The position numbers and the translations under genes are program-made. The notes beneath the pieces were generated by a model. That model had not been told where the DNA came from. It worked only from the letters and a program-made list of their open reading frames with translations, and did not search any database. DNA of 62,732 nt, filler included, from Choristocarpus tenellus KU-1152 (taxonomy: Eukaryota > Protista > Phaeophyceae), in assembly GCA_964200185.2 (NCBI GenBank). It is 9 parts of 9 records of this genome, joined end to end, with 100 filler letters (N's around TTAATTAATTAA, not from the genome) between each part and the next. Parts side by side here need not be neighbours in the genome. Positions count along the whole stretch, not along the records: positions 39,109 to 51,659 come from CAXNAD020001796.1; positions 51,760 to 54,271 come from CAXNAD020027186.1; positions 54,372 to 57,083 come from CAXNAD020025392.1; positions 57,184 to 60,064 come from CAXNAD020023966.1; positions 60,165 to 62,732 come from CAXNAD020026704.1; 4 more parts are not named here. One strand, given 5' to 3'. Below are positions 50,779 to 62,732 of this stretch, one piece after another. Each line of letters opens with the position of its first letter. Position 1 is the stretch's first letter.

Positions 50779-51659
50779 TTTTCATGTCAGCTGGATCTCT
50801 TTTTTCTGGGAGGGCATTAAGGACTGGCGTGGTTTCTGTTGTACAGGGTGTAGCAATGTATTGCTTGTTGGTGTTCCCCCGGGAGTATTTGGAGGAGGTT
50901 TAAGAAATGATTGAGAGCAAGCACAAGGCTTTGTGTTGATAGTGTATTTCTGATGCATCGTGTTTCAGGGGTTGCTGCAACCTATCCCCAATGTTTAACA
51001 ACTGTATGGAATGCACTGGCGTGCGCTTCAACTTGTTCTGCAGGTATTAGAGATGTTTGTTTGTTGTTTGGCCTAGGACATTCGTCCTTTGCCCCCACTT
51101 CTAGGTCCTTGGCAGCGTTTTGCGTTACCTATTTGCTAGGTTTGGAGGCTTTTTACGAGAAAGGCTTGTGATGAACCTGCCCTTCGACTTAGTCTTTTAA
51201 TTTTCTAGATGTTAATAAATTCGTACACTTACACCAAAGGAGCCTTCTATGTGATAGTGCTTTGGCTTCCTACTGAACATGTATTTTTTTAATTATATGG
51301 TGTGAGGGTGTGCTGTAGTTTCTCAATGGGTTGTTGTTTTTGGCCCACCCAACTACACTCTGTGTGCATAGAAGTAACAAATATCATATGGAAGTCGTGA
51401 ATTCTCTTGCAGCATGAAAATTTCTGCGAATCGTGACAAATCTTGGAAGGCATGCACTCTTCTTCTGTCCCCCATTCAACCACGTGACACACTTTTTTTT
51501 TGCAGTGGTGGTAGTTGTGAAAGCCTTTCCCATTGCAACACCGTGCTTCAACTTCTCTCCTTCCAGCACATTTGCAAGTTGCATGCGACAGGGGGGGGGG
51601 GGGGGGGGGGGGGGGGACAAGGAAGAGAGAAGGGCTCTCTGCTCTCCATAAGGATTGGG

Positions 51660-51759
51660 NNNNNNNNNNNNNNNNNNNNNNNNNNNNNNNNNNNNNNNNN
51701 NNNTTAATTAATTAANNNNNNNNNNNNNNNNNNNNNNNNNNNNNNNNNNNNNNNNNNNN
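51660..51759. other. Artificial contig spacer
   Basis: N44-TTAATTAATTAA-N44. Confidence 0.98.
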
Positions 51760-51874
51760 GTACATGGAGTATTCTCCTTCCTTATGGCGAGGCAGGAGAT
51801 GCACATTAACACATAAACATCATTAAAAAAAGCGCCTGTAATCGTTTTCATCCTATCCATGAAGCTTATGAATG

Positions 51875-52030
51875 GATTTCCCAGCTCACCACGATTAATC
51901 ACTCGATTCCACAATTGATTTTCCATCTTGTCACAATTAATTAGTCACTTCGGCGATTGATTTCCTAGCTCACCACGATTAATCAGTCGCTTTGACGATT
52001 GATTTCCCAGCTCACCGCGGTTAATTACTA
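51875..52030. repeat. 42-bp tandem repeat x ~4 (gatttcccagctcaccacgattaatc...)
   Basis: Units start at 51875, 51917, 51959 and 52001. Confidence 0.85.
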
Positions 52031-53893
52031 CAAAAACGATATTGTACCACATCAATTCTGTGCCGCTTTTTTCAGGCATGCCCATGGCTGAACAAAATCG
52101 GGGTAGGTACTGTAGTATTCAATATACAGGGCCTGTAGTTGTATACACTATCAATGGTATGAAGTTGAGTAGGGTGCCGAAAAAAGTCACAGTTAAACCA
52201 ATTGAGAGGTGGACAGGTTTTGGACCCTTTTTGCATTCCAAGTCATTTTTCTTACCCTATGCAGTACATACACTCTATTTCATTCCTTTAGACACGATAG
52301 TGAACGAAAAATTGATATTCCCCCACTCCATACACAAAATGACACCACAAGTCGACAAAGGTTTTTTCCACAATTGTACAAATTTACGTGTTCTGGCCCT
52401 TTCTCGGGATCCTAAAACACAACCCTGCCTACCTCTCCTCTCCACTGGTTTGGCTCATTGCTGGGCAAAACGGACCAGATGCACCAAGAATAACCTATTG
52501 GAGAAGGGTAAGGTTAAGGTTGGACAATAGGACAAGGACAAAGGAAATGGGGAGGATCAAAGTTTGGATGGGATTCAGAAAAGAAAACCCACAGAGTTGG
52601 GAGATTCCTCTTCGGAAAAAGAGCTCATGAAGAGACATAATGGGAAGTGGCGGAAACCTATCCTTCCAGAAATCCTCCATAACGGAGCAAAGTTCTCCGA
52701 AAAGAACCTCAATCGGTACGTTGGTATATGGCATAAAGCAGTAACGGTACGGTAAAAAACAACCCTGCTTTCCACATCACCCCCCCTTCTGATGGGCCTC
52801 AAAGTCATGTAAACATGATTCGGGGTCAACCAAAAAATGACCTCAGGGAACAAGATTGGAAAAGAAGTGTTACTGTTTACATACTCTTGAACTATTTCAC
52901 TACACGACTTCATTAATACGAAATGAAGCATAAAATATAAATTGGCATTAAAGAATGTCTGATCAGGATATCATTAGCCAAAGGTTGATGGTATGCGGTC
53001 GGCATACCAATCATGCTTACGAGGTCTGAGCGTATGGGATCAAGCATATAAACTAGTCTAAATTCGAGAGTAAGATTGATGGGATATGGTCAGCATTACA
53101 TCATCAAGCTCATCGCCAAGCTTTGAGGGCATGGGGTCAGCAATGCGGTCAGCCGGTATACAAATCGAGAGGTGTTTTCTTTCATGGAGTCAGCACATAA
53201 GTCTCTTGTATTTTTACAGAGGATACTCAAGAATAGGGATATGAGGAGTACACACTTTATAATGTCAGTATCTGCTGATCAGAGTTTGTGATATGACAAT
53301 GCTAAACGAGTGATATGCAATGATTTTGATCAACATTCCGATGTGTGAAAACACAAGTGCGTGTACATGACGAAAAATCAACACAAGAGACGATGAGTTC
53401 AAAATACGATGTGTGCACATTTTGTTACAATGCTGAAGTCTCGGTACAACCTCCATGTTACAGCACGCTCCATAGCTTACCTCCACGGGATTTATAGCTC
53501 GAGTCCACAAGCCTAAAGATGGCGCTGATGCACGTACGGGATCCTGATGCACAAGTCATCAAATATTGGAACTCTCATTTGGATTATTCCCTTCATAAGT
53601 GCGGTCAATATCATCATAAAAAAAGGAACCGGTCGATGAAGTCTTTTCTCAATCGGATATAATAATGACCAAACAATAAATAGTCAAAAAGTACAACTAT
53701 ATAAAATCTAGGACTTCAAGATAATAATGGCGTTTATGAAACCCCCGTCAAGAAATATAGCCTGTATCAATTTCTCCTTTCGAACATTCTGATATGATTG
53801 GACATATTGCCCACGACGATCACAATATTCCAAGTGGACACTAGGACGTATTATGTTGGTGGCTCAACCCTCGATATGATACCAGGTGTGTTT

Positions 53894-54078
53894 GAGTCAA
53901 ATTATCTTAGAGGGTAGAAGCGCGTCCGTTTGGAGGACAAAATCCAGTGTCGTGAGTTTGATGTAATTTTGGCAACATGTTTGATAGGAAGTGTCAATAT
54001 CCTTGTTCTGGAATCAACTTTTCATAACGTAAAAATTTTACCTGCTCCGAAACGTTTCGGAGTCGGTAAAATCATTTC
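53894..54078. mobile_element. MITE family A, truncated and diverged copy
   Basis: gagtcaaattatcttagagggtaga... is colinear with 29765-29950. The second TIR is absent. Confidence 0.8.
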
Positions 54079-54271
54079 GAGGTAACTGTACGAAACAGTA
54101 ATGTGTTAAAACATAGGCTACTCATTTGTTCCTTGTTGATATGAAACATCTACCAGCTTGTATTGACTGTTGATTGGTGCACTGCACTGGTTGTTAGTGT
54201 TCATTTATTTATTGCGCATTCCAACTCATCATCACATCGATGACAGTAGATAGAAGTATATAGCATCAGTT

Positions 54272-54371
54272 NNNNNNNNNNNNNNNNNNNNNNNNNNNNN
54301 NNNNNNNNNNNNNNNTTAATTAATTAANNNNNNNNNNNNNNNNNNNNNNNNNNNNNNNNNNNNNNNNNNNN
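54272..54371. other. Artificial contig spacer
   Basis: N44-TTAATTAATTAA-N44. Confidence 0.98.
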
Positions 54372-55265
54372 GGGTAATATCCGGGTGTTGAGGGTATGAG
54401 ACAAGTTGCAAGCGTATTTCAATCACCAGGATAATTAATGAAGGGGTTTAAGGGGTCATTCGTGTCTCGTCATCAGGCTGTGGAACCATGTGGACAGACT
54501 GCAATACCTTCGATGAATTTCAAGGTGAAATGAGCTAGCCGATAAGCTGGAGCATCGGATTTTGCAACGACAGTAGAGTTCAAGATGGGATCAAGTTGAT
54601 CGAGTTGAAATGGGAGAGAAAGGAGGACTGGATAACAAGTATATCCATGCAACATCTACAAGTATCCCCAGCACAACCAACAAGCGTTCCTTCTTATTCC
54701 TACACATAATGCGGGTCAAGCGCTAGAACTAATGGCTTTCAGAAAGAGATCAATTGCCCACTGCAATCGATTCTCCGATAAGATATCTCTGGTGATGGAA
54801 CGTAAGATTAGAATACTAGGTCTGTTCGAGGTAGGAGAGGCACTTGGATGGATCTTGAGTGATGTATTTCCAGTGTGGCATCCTGAGCCTAAGTTGAACG
54901 GGGTCCAGGCTATCGCAATGCGCGGTGAAGCGTTTCTGGAGTGGGTAGATGAGTATGTAACAAATCAAGCGATTCTACGAAGGTGCTACGTGTTTGACTC
55001 ACTCACCCTCCACCCTCCAAATCCTGCACAGCACTATCAGCTATTGGAGCACCCTTGATGGTATTTTCTCCATCAGTACCATCTCCCAATCCCATACTGT
55101 GCCTTTAGAATTATTGTCACGAAGTAAAGGAAATGTCGGCCTACGTAAGTGATATGCGATGCCAACAGCAACAACAGAGATGAAGAGGGAGTGGCCAAGA
55201 TGAACCTCACAGGAAGGCACACCTCGTCAACAGTGTACACCCCTGGGTCCAAGGGTATTCCTACC

Positions 55266-55585
55266 AAAACAACAACAACCTATGACCAAGGAGAGTGTAC
55301 TGCGATGGTTCGTGGATGTGCCTCCAAACTCTGTTGCGAGGGTGGTGAGAAAAGGAAATCAAACTCCTGTGATCACTGACAAGTAACAAAAGACAATAAA
55401 TTGAAAAATCGACCACAACAAAAAGACACAACGGTCTAAGAAAGCAACAACAACCTGTGACCAACGAGAGTGTACTGCGATGGTTCGTGGATATGCCTTC
55501 AAACTCTCTTTTCAGAGTGAGTGAGAAATGGAAATCGAACTTGTGTGATGACAAGTAACAAACGACAAACAAAAATATCGACCCT
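55266..55585. repeat. Two tandem ~145-bp copies of a short element with an (AAC)n end (SINE or LINE-tail like)
   Basis: aacaacaacct-tgaccaa-gagagtgtactgcgatggttcgtggat-tgcct-caaactct...tgacaagtaacaaa...atcgacc at ~55268 and ~55445. Confidence 0.8.
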
Positions 55586-56497
55586 ATCAAAGGTCAAACG
55601 TCTCATCTAAAATACTTACTATTTGAAGTAGACCTTTACCAATATAGTAAAATGTACCGATATAAGAGAGGGTGAAGTCAAAAACCCTCTCTTACATATT
55701 CATCATCTATTATTATGTATAAGAGCGATTTTCTCTTAAACTGAGATCGTTGTCAACGTAGGTTCCTCGCTTGTTGTTGGAATTGTTTTTGAGTCCAGGT
55801 CCTGGAATACTTCACAGCTGGCTTTGGTTGCGATATGTCCAACAAGCCAATCGGTCGATGTCGACGATAAGGCAATAATACACAGTACCTCCTACTGCGA
55901 CTTACACACCCCTCATACTCTTGACCCGATAATTTTCAGCCTGCCGCAGGTACGGGGTGCTTTTCCACCCCTTCAAAAGTTTCATACTGTACAGGTACTG
56001 ACTGTACTATATCGTTCTTTTGCAATCATTGTCATACGACAAGATTGGATGCATTACAGAACAATACTGGACTACTATGCTGTACTACTGCAGCAGACTA
56101 CGGTTCAGTGATGCACGGCGTAATTGTGAGAGCTAACTTTAGGACACCACACACCAACTATAAAGCACAACACGTTTATGTGTTACACCCAGTGCACGGA
56201 GACCACTTGACAGACTAAACAGGAACTGCCATTTTGGAATGTAGGAGATTACATAACGGGTGACCCTTTTGCACCTTGTTACACCTTACACAAGGTGTCC
56301 CGATATATTAATCCCATATGGACACCTTGTGGGACGTACCTTGTGATTACACATTATCGACATTATAGTACGATAAAAACGCGCGCAAAATTTCAAAATT
56401 TCAAGCATAATCCTCATCTGCAGACAGTGCAGAAAGACAATTCAATCACAATCACAATCAATCTACTTTCAGACTTTCAATCCACGCGCTGACGCAC

Positions 56498-56720
56498 CTC
56501 GACATGTTTGGCACCCCTCGTAGACTTGGCATCAGGCTTCAGCGCCTGGGCTTTCTCCATGATGGTTGTTGCCTCCTTGAACTTGTAGAGTGTGCTGTGA
56601 CCGATTCCAAACTTTTGAGCAGCTGCAGTTCCCATCATGGTCTATAGGAGGAGTGTCAACGCTTCCACCTTGTCTGCAAAGCTCAAGCGTTTTAGATTGT
56701 CGGCACCGCAAGGTTTCTAG
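56498..56720 (-). pseudogene. pogo/Tigger-type transposase N-terminal HTH (CENP-B/psq-like) relic
   Basis: The - strand reads LKRLSFADKVEALTLLL*TMMGTAAAQKFGIGHSTLYKFK...KSTRGAKHVE|gt, with one in-frame stop. Confidence 0.6.
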
Positions 56721-57083
56721 GACATCGCTTTCTCCATAGATTTATTTGGCAGCACCTTCCCCTTCTTCTTGTTATCAAGGCGCTTCGACGCCATACTGTC
56801 ACCGGATGGAGGACTCGAAGCCTTGCGCTTGGTGGGGCTCACGCACAATTTGCACACGCGTTTCAGTTCGCTGGCGCCAGGAAAACGGCGAAATCTCTCT
56901 TATAGCCTCAAAAGTTGTGACAAGGGAATTTACACTCTCTTATATCAACCTCTCTTGTATCGGTACATACATTGTACCTCCCTTACAAAGTCGTATTTTA
57001 GTAGTATATATGCTCCTTTCATCCTCGTAGTTATAACCTCAACACCTTCACGGTGGAAAGTTTTGGGCGCCTCGGCAAGCAAG

Positions 57084-57183
57084 NNNNNNNNNNNNNNNNN
57101 NNNNNNNNNNNNNNNNNNNNNNNNNNNTTAATTAATTAANNNNNNNNNNNNNNNNNNNNNNNNNNNNNNNNNNNNNNNNNNNN
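57084..57183. other. Artificial contig spacer
   Basis: N44-TTAATTAATTAA-N44. Confidence 0.98.
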
Positions 57184-59629
57184 AGCATTACCTCCCAAGG
57201 TAATTTGCACACCCTCTGCTGAAGACCCTGCTGAGGAGTCATCGGCGTAGGGGTCTATCCCGAGCTTGTCTTTTCTTTTCAGGTCGTTCATAACTTGTAT
57301 GGCAACCTCCAGTATAGCCCTGTTGATGAGGATATTCTTGTTGTGCATACGTCTTATGTACGCCAATTGAACTTTCCAGGATTGAGACACCCACTCCTCC
57401 TCCGCCTGGGTAACAGACGCCGGGTCTGGATCGCCGACTCCGGGTCTGTTCTTCTTCCCCTTTCCTCTTGGTTTCTTATTTCCTTTGTCCTGGTCGGCCG
57501 GGGGCCGTTTGTTCCGGACGAACCTAAGAGTGCGGGAGAACTGTCATGGAGAAGCACATGGCTAGTGGAATAGTAAGTCACTTGGATGACATGGGTGTCT
57601 GCCTCGCGAGACACGAACTAGACGGTAAACATTGCGGCTCTTGCAGGGTCAGCAGGGGGGTATATGCATATACATCTATATACGTTACTTGAATTGTCAC
57701 GGTCAAAGATTGACTTACCCATTCCTCAGGAAATGTCTCCGTCCCGACAACATACATCAACGAGAGCGCGTCAGTAGGCAATTTTTGGGCTGCCTGTTCG
57801 GAGAAGACGTGGACAGCCACCTCAACAATGTCACGCCAGCGATGGCCTTGGGGGGTCCCCTCAAAGGATGGCTAAGGTGACTCCAGTGAGGACATCGGTG
57901 CACATTCTTGCGAAATACTGCTCCTTGACCTCGTCCGTAAGCCAAATGTACATCAAATGTGCGATGGTGTATCGTTAAGAGACCGATAAAGAACGAGCTT
58001 TGGTGATGTGGAGGATTTAGGGTTAGCAGTGAATCTATCAGAGAAGGATTACCAGGGGATGCCGTAGCGCAACATAACCCAATGGATTTTGGGGTTCTTT
58101 GGAAACTGATGACCTTTACCGTTCGACAGAACACATCAACTTCCTTCATTATTGTCTGCCCTATGTCAAGTGTGGCATCGTGTGGAGACAACATAGTTGG
58201 GAATGATTAACCCACCTTCAACCTGTAGGTGTGTGTGAACCCCCCGCTGGTCTTGAGGGATTCGATGGCGATGTCCGGGTTAGCGTACCACAGCACAGTG
58301 GACATGTGAAACGCTCTGAAGTCTAATTTGTCCTAGTCAGGTGTGCGTTGGGTGTGTGGAGTAAAAGTTGACATGATCAGGACAGAAGAACGTGGGAGTG
58401 GGAGTGGATCTGTTGCTTAATGGCGTATGTCGTAAGGTTGATAGCGACACACATGTATAAAACGTCAATTCAAGCTCAGTATGCGAAGGAAGGGGTGACT
58501 ACGGTGTTGTTGGACCGTTAGTAATGGGGTATTGGATGTACAAATGTGGGGATGGGCTGCACCGCGCTTACACACGACCCGTCGCGCTTCTTGTGCTCTC
58601 TCCACACGCCGAGAAGGATCTCCTCCAGTTCTTTTGTCTCTGATGGAACATAGCGAGGGGAAGAAAGGGATCGGGTTGGTTGGATTACTGATGCGGAATT
58701 CATATGGATATGGGCGATGAAAGGTAGGCGATGCTTCACAATCGTTTCACGAATCGTTTCCTGTGGAAGGAGCCGTGAGAATCTCACCTTCCCCCTCGCA
58801 TATGTAGACAAGGGTGGCGATCGCGTTGAAGAACTGGACGGAGGTCTGGTCGGTGAGTCTACTCACCCCGGCTTCCATGTGTGTGTCCTCCCAAGCTTCT
58901 TTGGGGAATGCCTTTATCTTGGCAGCTACCCTCCTCTTAAGAGCCGTCTGTAACGCGGCATTGGCACGCAGGAAGTCTATGTCACCTAGACAGTACTGGT
59001 TACACTTGGTGACCAATGTCGCCATGCGCGTGCGACGATTAGAGTCCTCTTCCATTTCCCGGATGTAGGGGTGGGACCTGTCGCAAATGAAGTCGCGCCT
59101 ATACTCCAGGATAGTGGCAACCCAAGACACCATCCAATGGAATATGTCTAGGATGTTTGGCATGTGCAACCTGCTGGCTGCAATGCTCTCTCCTATGGAG
59201 ATTGATTCAGCCTTTTCCCGGCTGCAATGTGGATATAACTTCCACATATGAAGCTCCTGTGGTGACCATCTGGAGGTTTGCTCCTACTTCCAAGGTCCAT
59301 CGCGTTGTGACATGGGTCGGGAGGCTGATGCCACATGGGACATTGTCCTCCTTGGCGACGCATTCGATTGTCCTCAACACCATTATGCGGTGTTGTCCAT
59401 TAAGGCAAAACAAGAGGTTGTCGTCGTCATCTTTATCCCTGGTGTCACCATTCTCATCTACTTCAAGGTTGCCGCTAGCAATGTAGTTCGCAAGTAGCTC
59501 CCCATCGGGCACACTAGATGGCACGTTTACCCTGCGCATGTCGGTTTTGAAGACGCTTATGGTTGGCCATCTCGAGTACGGAGAAAAAGGTTTCCCACTC
59601 AGGATCCCCGCGAGCCTATTGGCAGTGAC
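57184..59629 (-). pseudogene. Spliced, frameshifted gene relic with a ParB/Srx-like N-terminal domain
   Basis: An acceptor (cccacag) opens an exon at 59629 reading VTANRLAGILSGKPF...PTISVF...LLFCLNGQHRIMVLR. Overlapping ORFs 59207-59749, 58747-59247 and 58518-58811 link by frameshifts. Further exon-like pieces with GT donors lie near 58215 and 57718. Confidence 0.5.
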
Positions 59630-60064
59630 CTGTGGGTTGGTGGGAGAGTCGGCCCCCGACGTCAGGAGGAACAGGACCGAGGAGAACGATGACGAAGACG
59701 CCACAGGGTCTACGGACAAACACAGCCGGAGACGAAAGGTGAGCGACAACTTCCTTCAACTAGTAATTACAGTTTACATTGACTATGCCACGGCATATTC
59801 GTCAAACAATGAGCAGATACTCCCTCCCACAGCACCGAACACAATCGATTATACCACAACAAAGCCTGTATCACCACAACCTATGACCAGCACCAACGCT
59901 CGAAACGCGACCACCTGGCCCATTCAATGCAGGTGCTGTTCCCAAGGACGGAGGGATTCCCTATACTCCTAAAGGTCATATTTGCAAACTTTGACAAGAG
60001 CTTCTTCCTTCATCACAACACCACCATTTGGCAGGCGCAACAATACAAACACTGCAAATCCCGC

Positions 60065-60164
60065 NNNNNNNNNNNNNNNNNNNNNNNNNNNNNNNNNNNN
60101 NNNNNNNNTTAATTAATTAANNNNNNNNNNNNNNNNNNNNNNNNNNNNNNNNNNNNNNNNNNNN
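60065..60164. other. Artificial contig spacer
   Basis: N44-TTAATTAATTAA-N44. Confidence 0.98.
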
Positions 60165-61338
60165 TAGCGGTGCCCTCCACAAGCAACGAAATATTTTTGA
60201 CCAAAAATATATCCCATCTGTAGCGGGGCCCTTCAAACGTGTCGCAACATTTACAAAAAAAAACATATGGGCACTTTCCGCGCACAATTTTGGTCAAGCT
60301 CATCCTCCATAAAATGCTCCATCCTCAATTTTGGTGATCAGCTATTTGGTTAGTGAATTATCTCTGTGACCTGGGGTTGCTTTTATTGCATCACAGTGGA
60401 ATCCTTGCAGAGGAACATCATTTTCTTGGTTGTTACCTATGAATTAACATGGCTCAGTCCTTGGAGTTCCTTTGCCCGGCAACATTATAGATTCAGGCTC
60501 TTCAAAGTTTAGTTATCCCATAGGAAAGTATACAATTCAGGATGGAAGGTGAAGACAAGCATGCTTGTTCATTTTTGGATGCAGGTGTTCAGACTTGGTG
60601 ACTAGACCTAAAATGAAACATTTCAAGGTACAGCAATGACAAGCCAAGGTAGCGCTGAAGTCCCCATCTTTCATGCTGCTGTAGAAACTACCGTTGTCGG
60701 AGGAGGTGATAGAGAGTTAGAATTTAATTGGTGGCTGTGTTGTATACAAGAGGAAAGATATTAGGAGGTGAGTGTTTTGTTTATGCTACAAATTGACGTG
60801 CTCTGGATGAAATATATTTCCGGAGTAGTAGTTATGAGTTCTCACCTGTATTGATACTGTCAGAGTACTCAAAGGACTCTGATGATGTGGACAGAGAGAG
60901 GTTTACTGGATAGATTCATTGCTTGGGCCCAGATTGACAGTGAGTAGAGTATAGGAATTTCTGGAATAACTGTGCCCATAGAGGAGATGAGAAGCCTCTC
61001 TTGGAATACATAGAACACAGAATTAATTAAATTAGGAGTGACTCATTGAACCCAGAGCGAGATCTCCTAGAAATTGAATCTTTTAGGCCATTAAATTTTG
61101 TGGGAAGGAACTGTTCGAATAGACACTCCCAAAGGTATCGGAGATTACTAGTAGTGTACATGTAGAGTCAGTATGCAAGAGTTGTTAGTTGGAAAACCCA
61201 CTTTCGCTCTTGTATATGAATGGATGGATAGGAATTGGTTCTATTGACCATGGTGCTTTGAGGTTGTATGGCCGCCCCCTCTGCTTAAGATAACCACTCC
61301 AGGACCTCTCGAACATTTGGCATTATCCTTTAAGTTAT

Positions 61339-61445
61339 GGGTCAAAGTATCTGGGGGGGGGGAGTGCCGGCGTCCGTTTTTTAACCTTTTTCGGTTTTCA
61401 CTTTTTGGTGTGATTTGGTCGCACGTGTCGGATTTGAAATGTCAG
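61339..61445 (+). mobile_element. MITE family B partial copy
   Basis: gggtcaaagtatctgggggggggg-gtgcc...tgtgatttggt-gca is colinear with 46501-46610. Confidence 0.65.
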
Positions 61446-61895
61446 CAAAAAAAATAATACTGTTGGTTGGGTTCCTTTCTGTCCTTTCGTACACAAGAGG
61501 AATGGAAATATATGCCACCATTTAATGGGGTTTGTTTAGGAGTTTCGACGTTTGCATGTGTCGGATTTCGAGTCTATTCAAGCAGGTTTATTGGTTTTTT
61601 TATGTTGGTCATGCAGTTACGATGAAGAATAAGAAATATGGGTTAGGCTGTTTCAGAGCTGGATATTGGTTTGTTTGGTTGCATGAGTGGTATTTGGTTA
61701 GCACATAAAGAGGGTTGTCGGTTAGGGTGTGGTTCCCCACTGACTGTAAGATGAGGAATTGAAAAAAAGAATATGGGCTGTTGCGAGATTTTTTCCGTTT
61801 ATTTGCTTACATCGGTCGTGTCTGGTGTGTACACCAAGAGGACTGTCAGTTTGGATCTGTTCTCCCGGCTTGTGCACGAGCAACCAAAACATACG

Positions 61896-62149
61896 GAGCC
61901 AAAGTATCTTAGAGGGTATAGCGGTGTCCATTTTGGGGTCAAAATCCAACGTTATGATTTTGATGTAATATTGGCTATCATGTTTGTACGTGGCAACATC
62001 CTTGTTCCAGACGCACCTTTTCATAACATGTACATTTTACCTACTCCTAAACATTTTGGAGTTGGAAAATGTCATAAAAAAAGCGTGGGAAGCCAAGCGC
62101 TAAAGGGATAAACAGGGCAAAACTCGTACCCTCGAAGATATTTTCACTC
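61896..62149. mobile_element. MITE family A copy
   Basis: gagccaaagtatcttagagggta ... taccctcgaagatattttcactc. Confidence 0.9.
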
Positions 62150-62267
62150 TATATCTCGTACAGTTTAAATGTATCACTTCGTTTGTTTGTGAGCATGTGT
62201 TGTACTTAGTATGTAATAAGACGTTGTCACTGAGGGTGTTAGGGTTGAAGTTGTTTGTATGAAGTAA

Positions 62268-62526
62268 GAGTGAAAGTATCTTAGAGGGTACGAGTTTTGC
62301 CCTGTTTGTCCATTTGGGGGTTGGCTTCCCATGGGTTTTTGATGACAATTTCGTTACTCCAAAATGTTTAGGAGCAGGTAAAGTATGTATGTTATGAAAA
62401 GGTCTGTTCGGAACATAGATACTGACTCTTCCTAACAAACACGACAGCCAAAATTGCATCACAATTGCAACATTGGATATTGGCCCCCAAATGGACGCGA
62501 CTCTACCCTCTAAGATACTTTGGCTC
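62268..62526. mobile_element. MITE family A copy, opposite orientation to its neighbour
   Basis: gagtgaaagtatcttagagggta ... taccctctaagatactttggctc. Confidence 0.92.
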
Positions 62527-62635
62527 TAAGGGAAAAGGTGTGGACGGAATATTGACGTGTATACGAGTGGTTATTGGTCAAGGTCTATTGTCGTACGTTT
62601 CTCTGAAAGTAGTTCAAGGTAAACTTCCAGAGGTC

Positions 62636-62730
62636 TGTTAAAGTATCCCCAAAATCATCAAAGAGGATAAAGGTGATAAGCCCAGCGAGATTGAATGGTG
62701 TCTGTAGAGTTGGAAGAGTCTAATCGAACA
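62636..62730 (-). repeat. Internally deleted copy of the copia LTR
   Basis: Retains both ends (tgttaaagtatc, ctaatcgaaca) but lacks the ~168 bp between two TAGAGT hexamers. Confidence 0.8.
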
Positions 62731-62732
62731 CC

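Noticed and set aside
51875-52030. 42-bp repeats as a mini-CRISPR
   Set aside because: The total period is too short, the tails are related to each other, and unit 2 is degenerate.
54372-55060. Possible copia RT/RNase H relic on the - strand
   Set aside because: Only vague similarity ('TVVAKS') and no intact diagnostic motif, so it was not called.
55610-55655. 'FYYIGKG' on the - strand as a GIY-YIG nuclease
   Set aside because: A seven-residue match with no supporting ORF.
1-62732. tRNA, rRNA or other structured RNA genes
   Set aside because: None was recognisable by eye. tRNAscan-SE or Infernal would be needed to exclude them.

Overview
Eukaryotic, intron-rich, TE-rich DNA. It is probably a brown alga or related stramenopile (inference from GT-AG spliced genes, interstitial TTAGGG repeats and WP-type FNIP repeats). 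The window is not one locus: it is nine contigs joined by eight artificial 100-nt spacers (N44-TTAATTAATTAA-N44), so adjacency across a spacer means nothing. Host genes supported by phase-consistent exon chains are: the 5' part of V-ATPase subunit B (- strand), head-to-head with a complete 7-exon coiled-coil gene; an EEF2KMT/FAM86-like methyltransferase; a membrane-anchored glycosyltransferase-like gene; the 3' end of an unknown gene; and an intronless 22-aa FNIP/LRR-repeat gene. Mobile DNA includes a decayed Ty1/copia element with its 5' LTR and two further LTR copies, a decayed chromodomain Ty3/gypsy element, a tRNA-Met-primed LTR element, a pogo-type HTH relic, and two related MITE families with AAAGTATCT-core TIRs and 4-bp TSDs. 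The most unusual items are a ~220-bp AT-rich bacterial MFS (YcaD-like) gene fragment embedded in host DNA, a spliced but frameshifted ParB/Srx-like (NGQHR) gene, a 36-bp higher-order satellite that flips orientation between two transposon ends, and the hypervariable FNIP array. I could not demonstrate a complete new multi-gene system; these are leads only.
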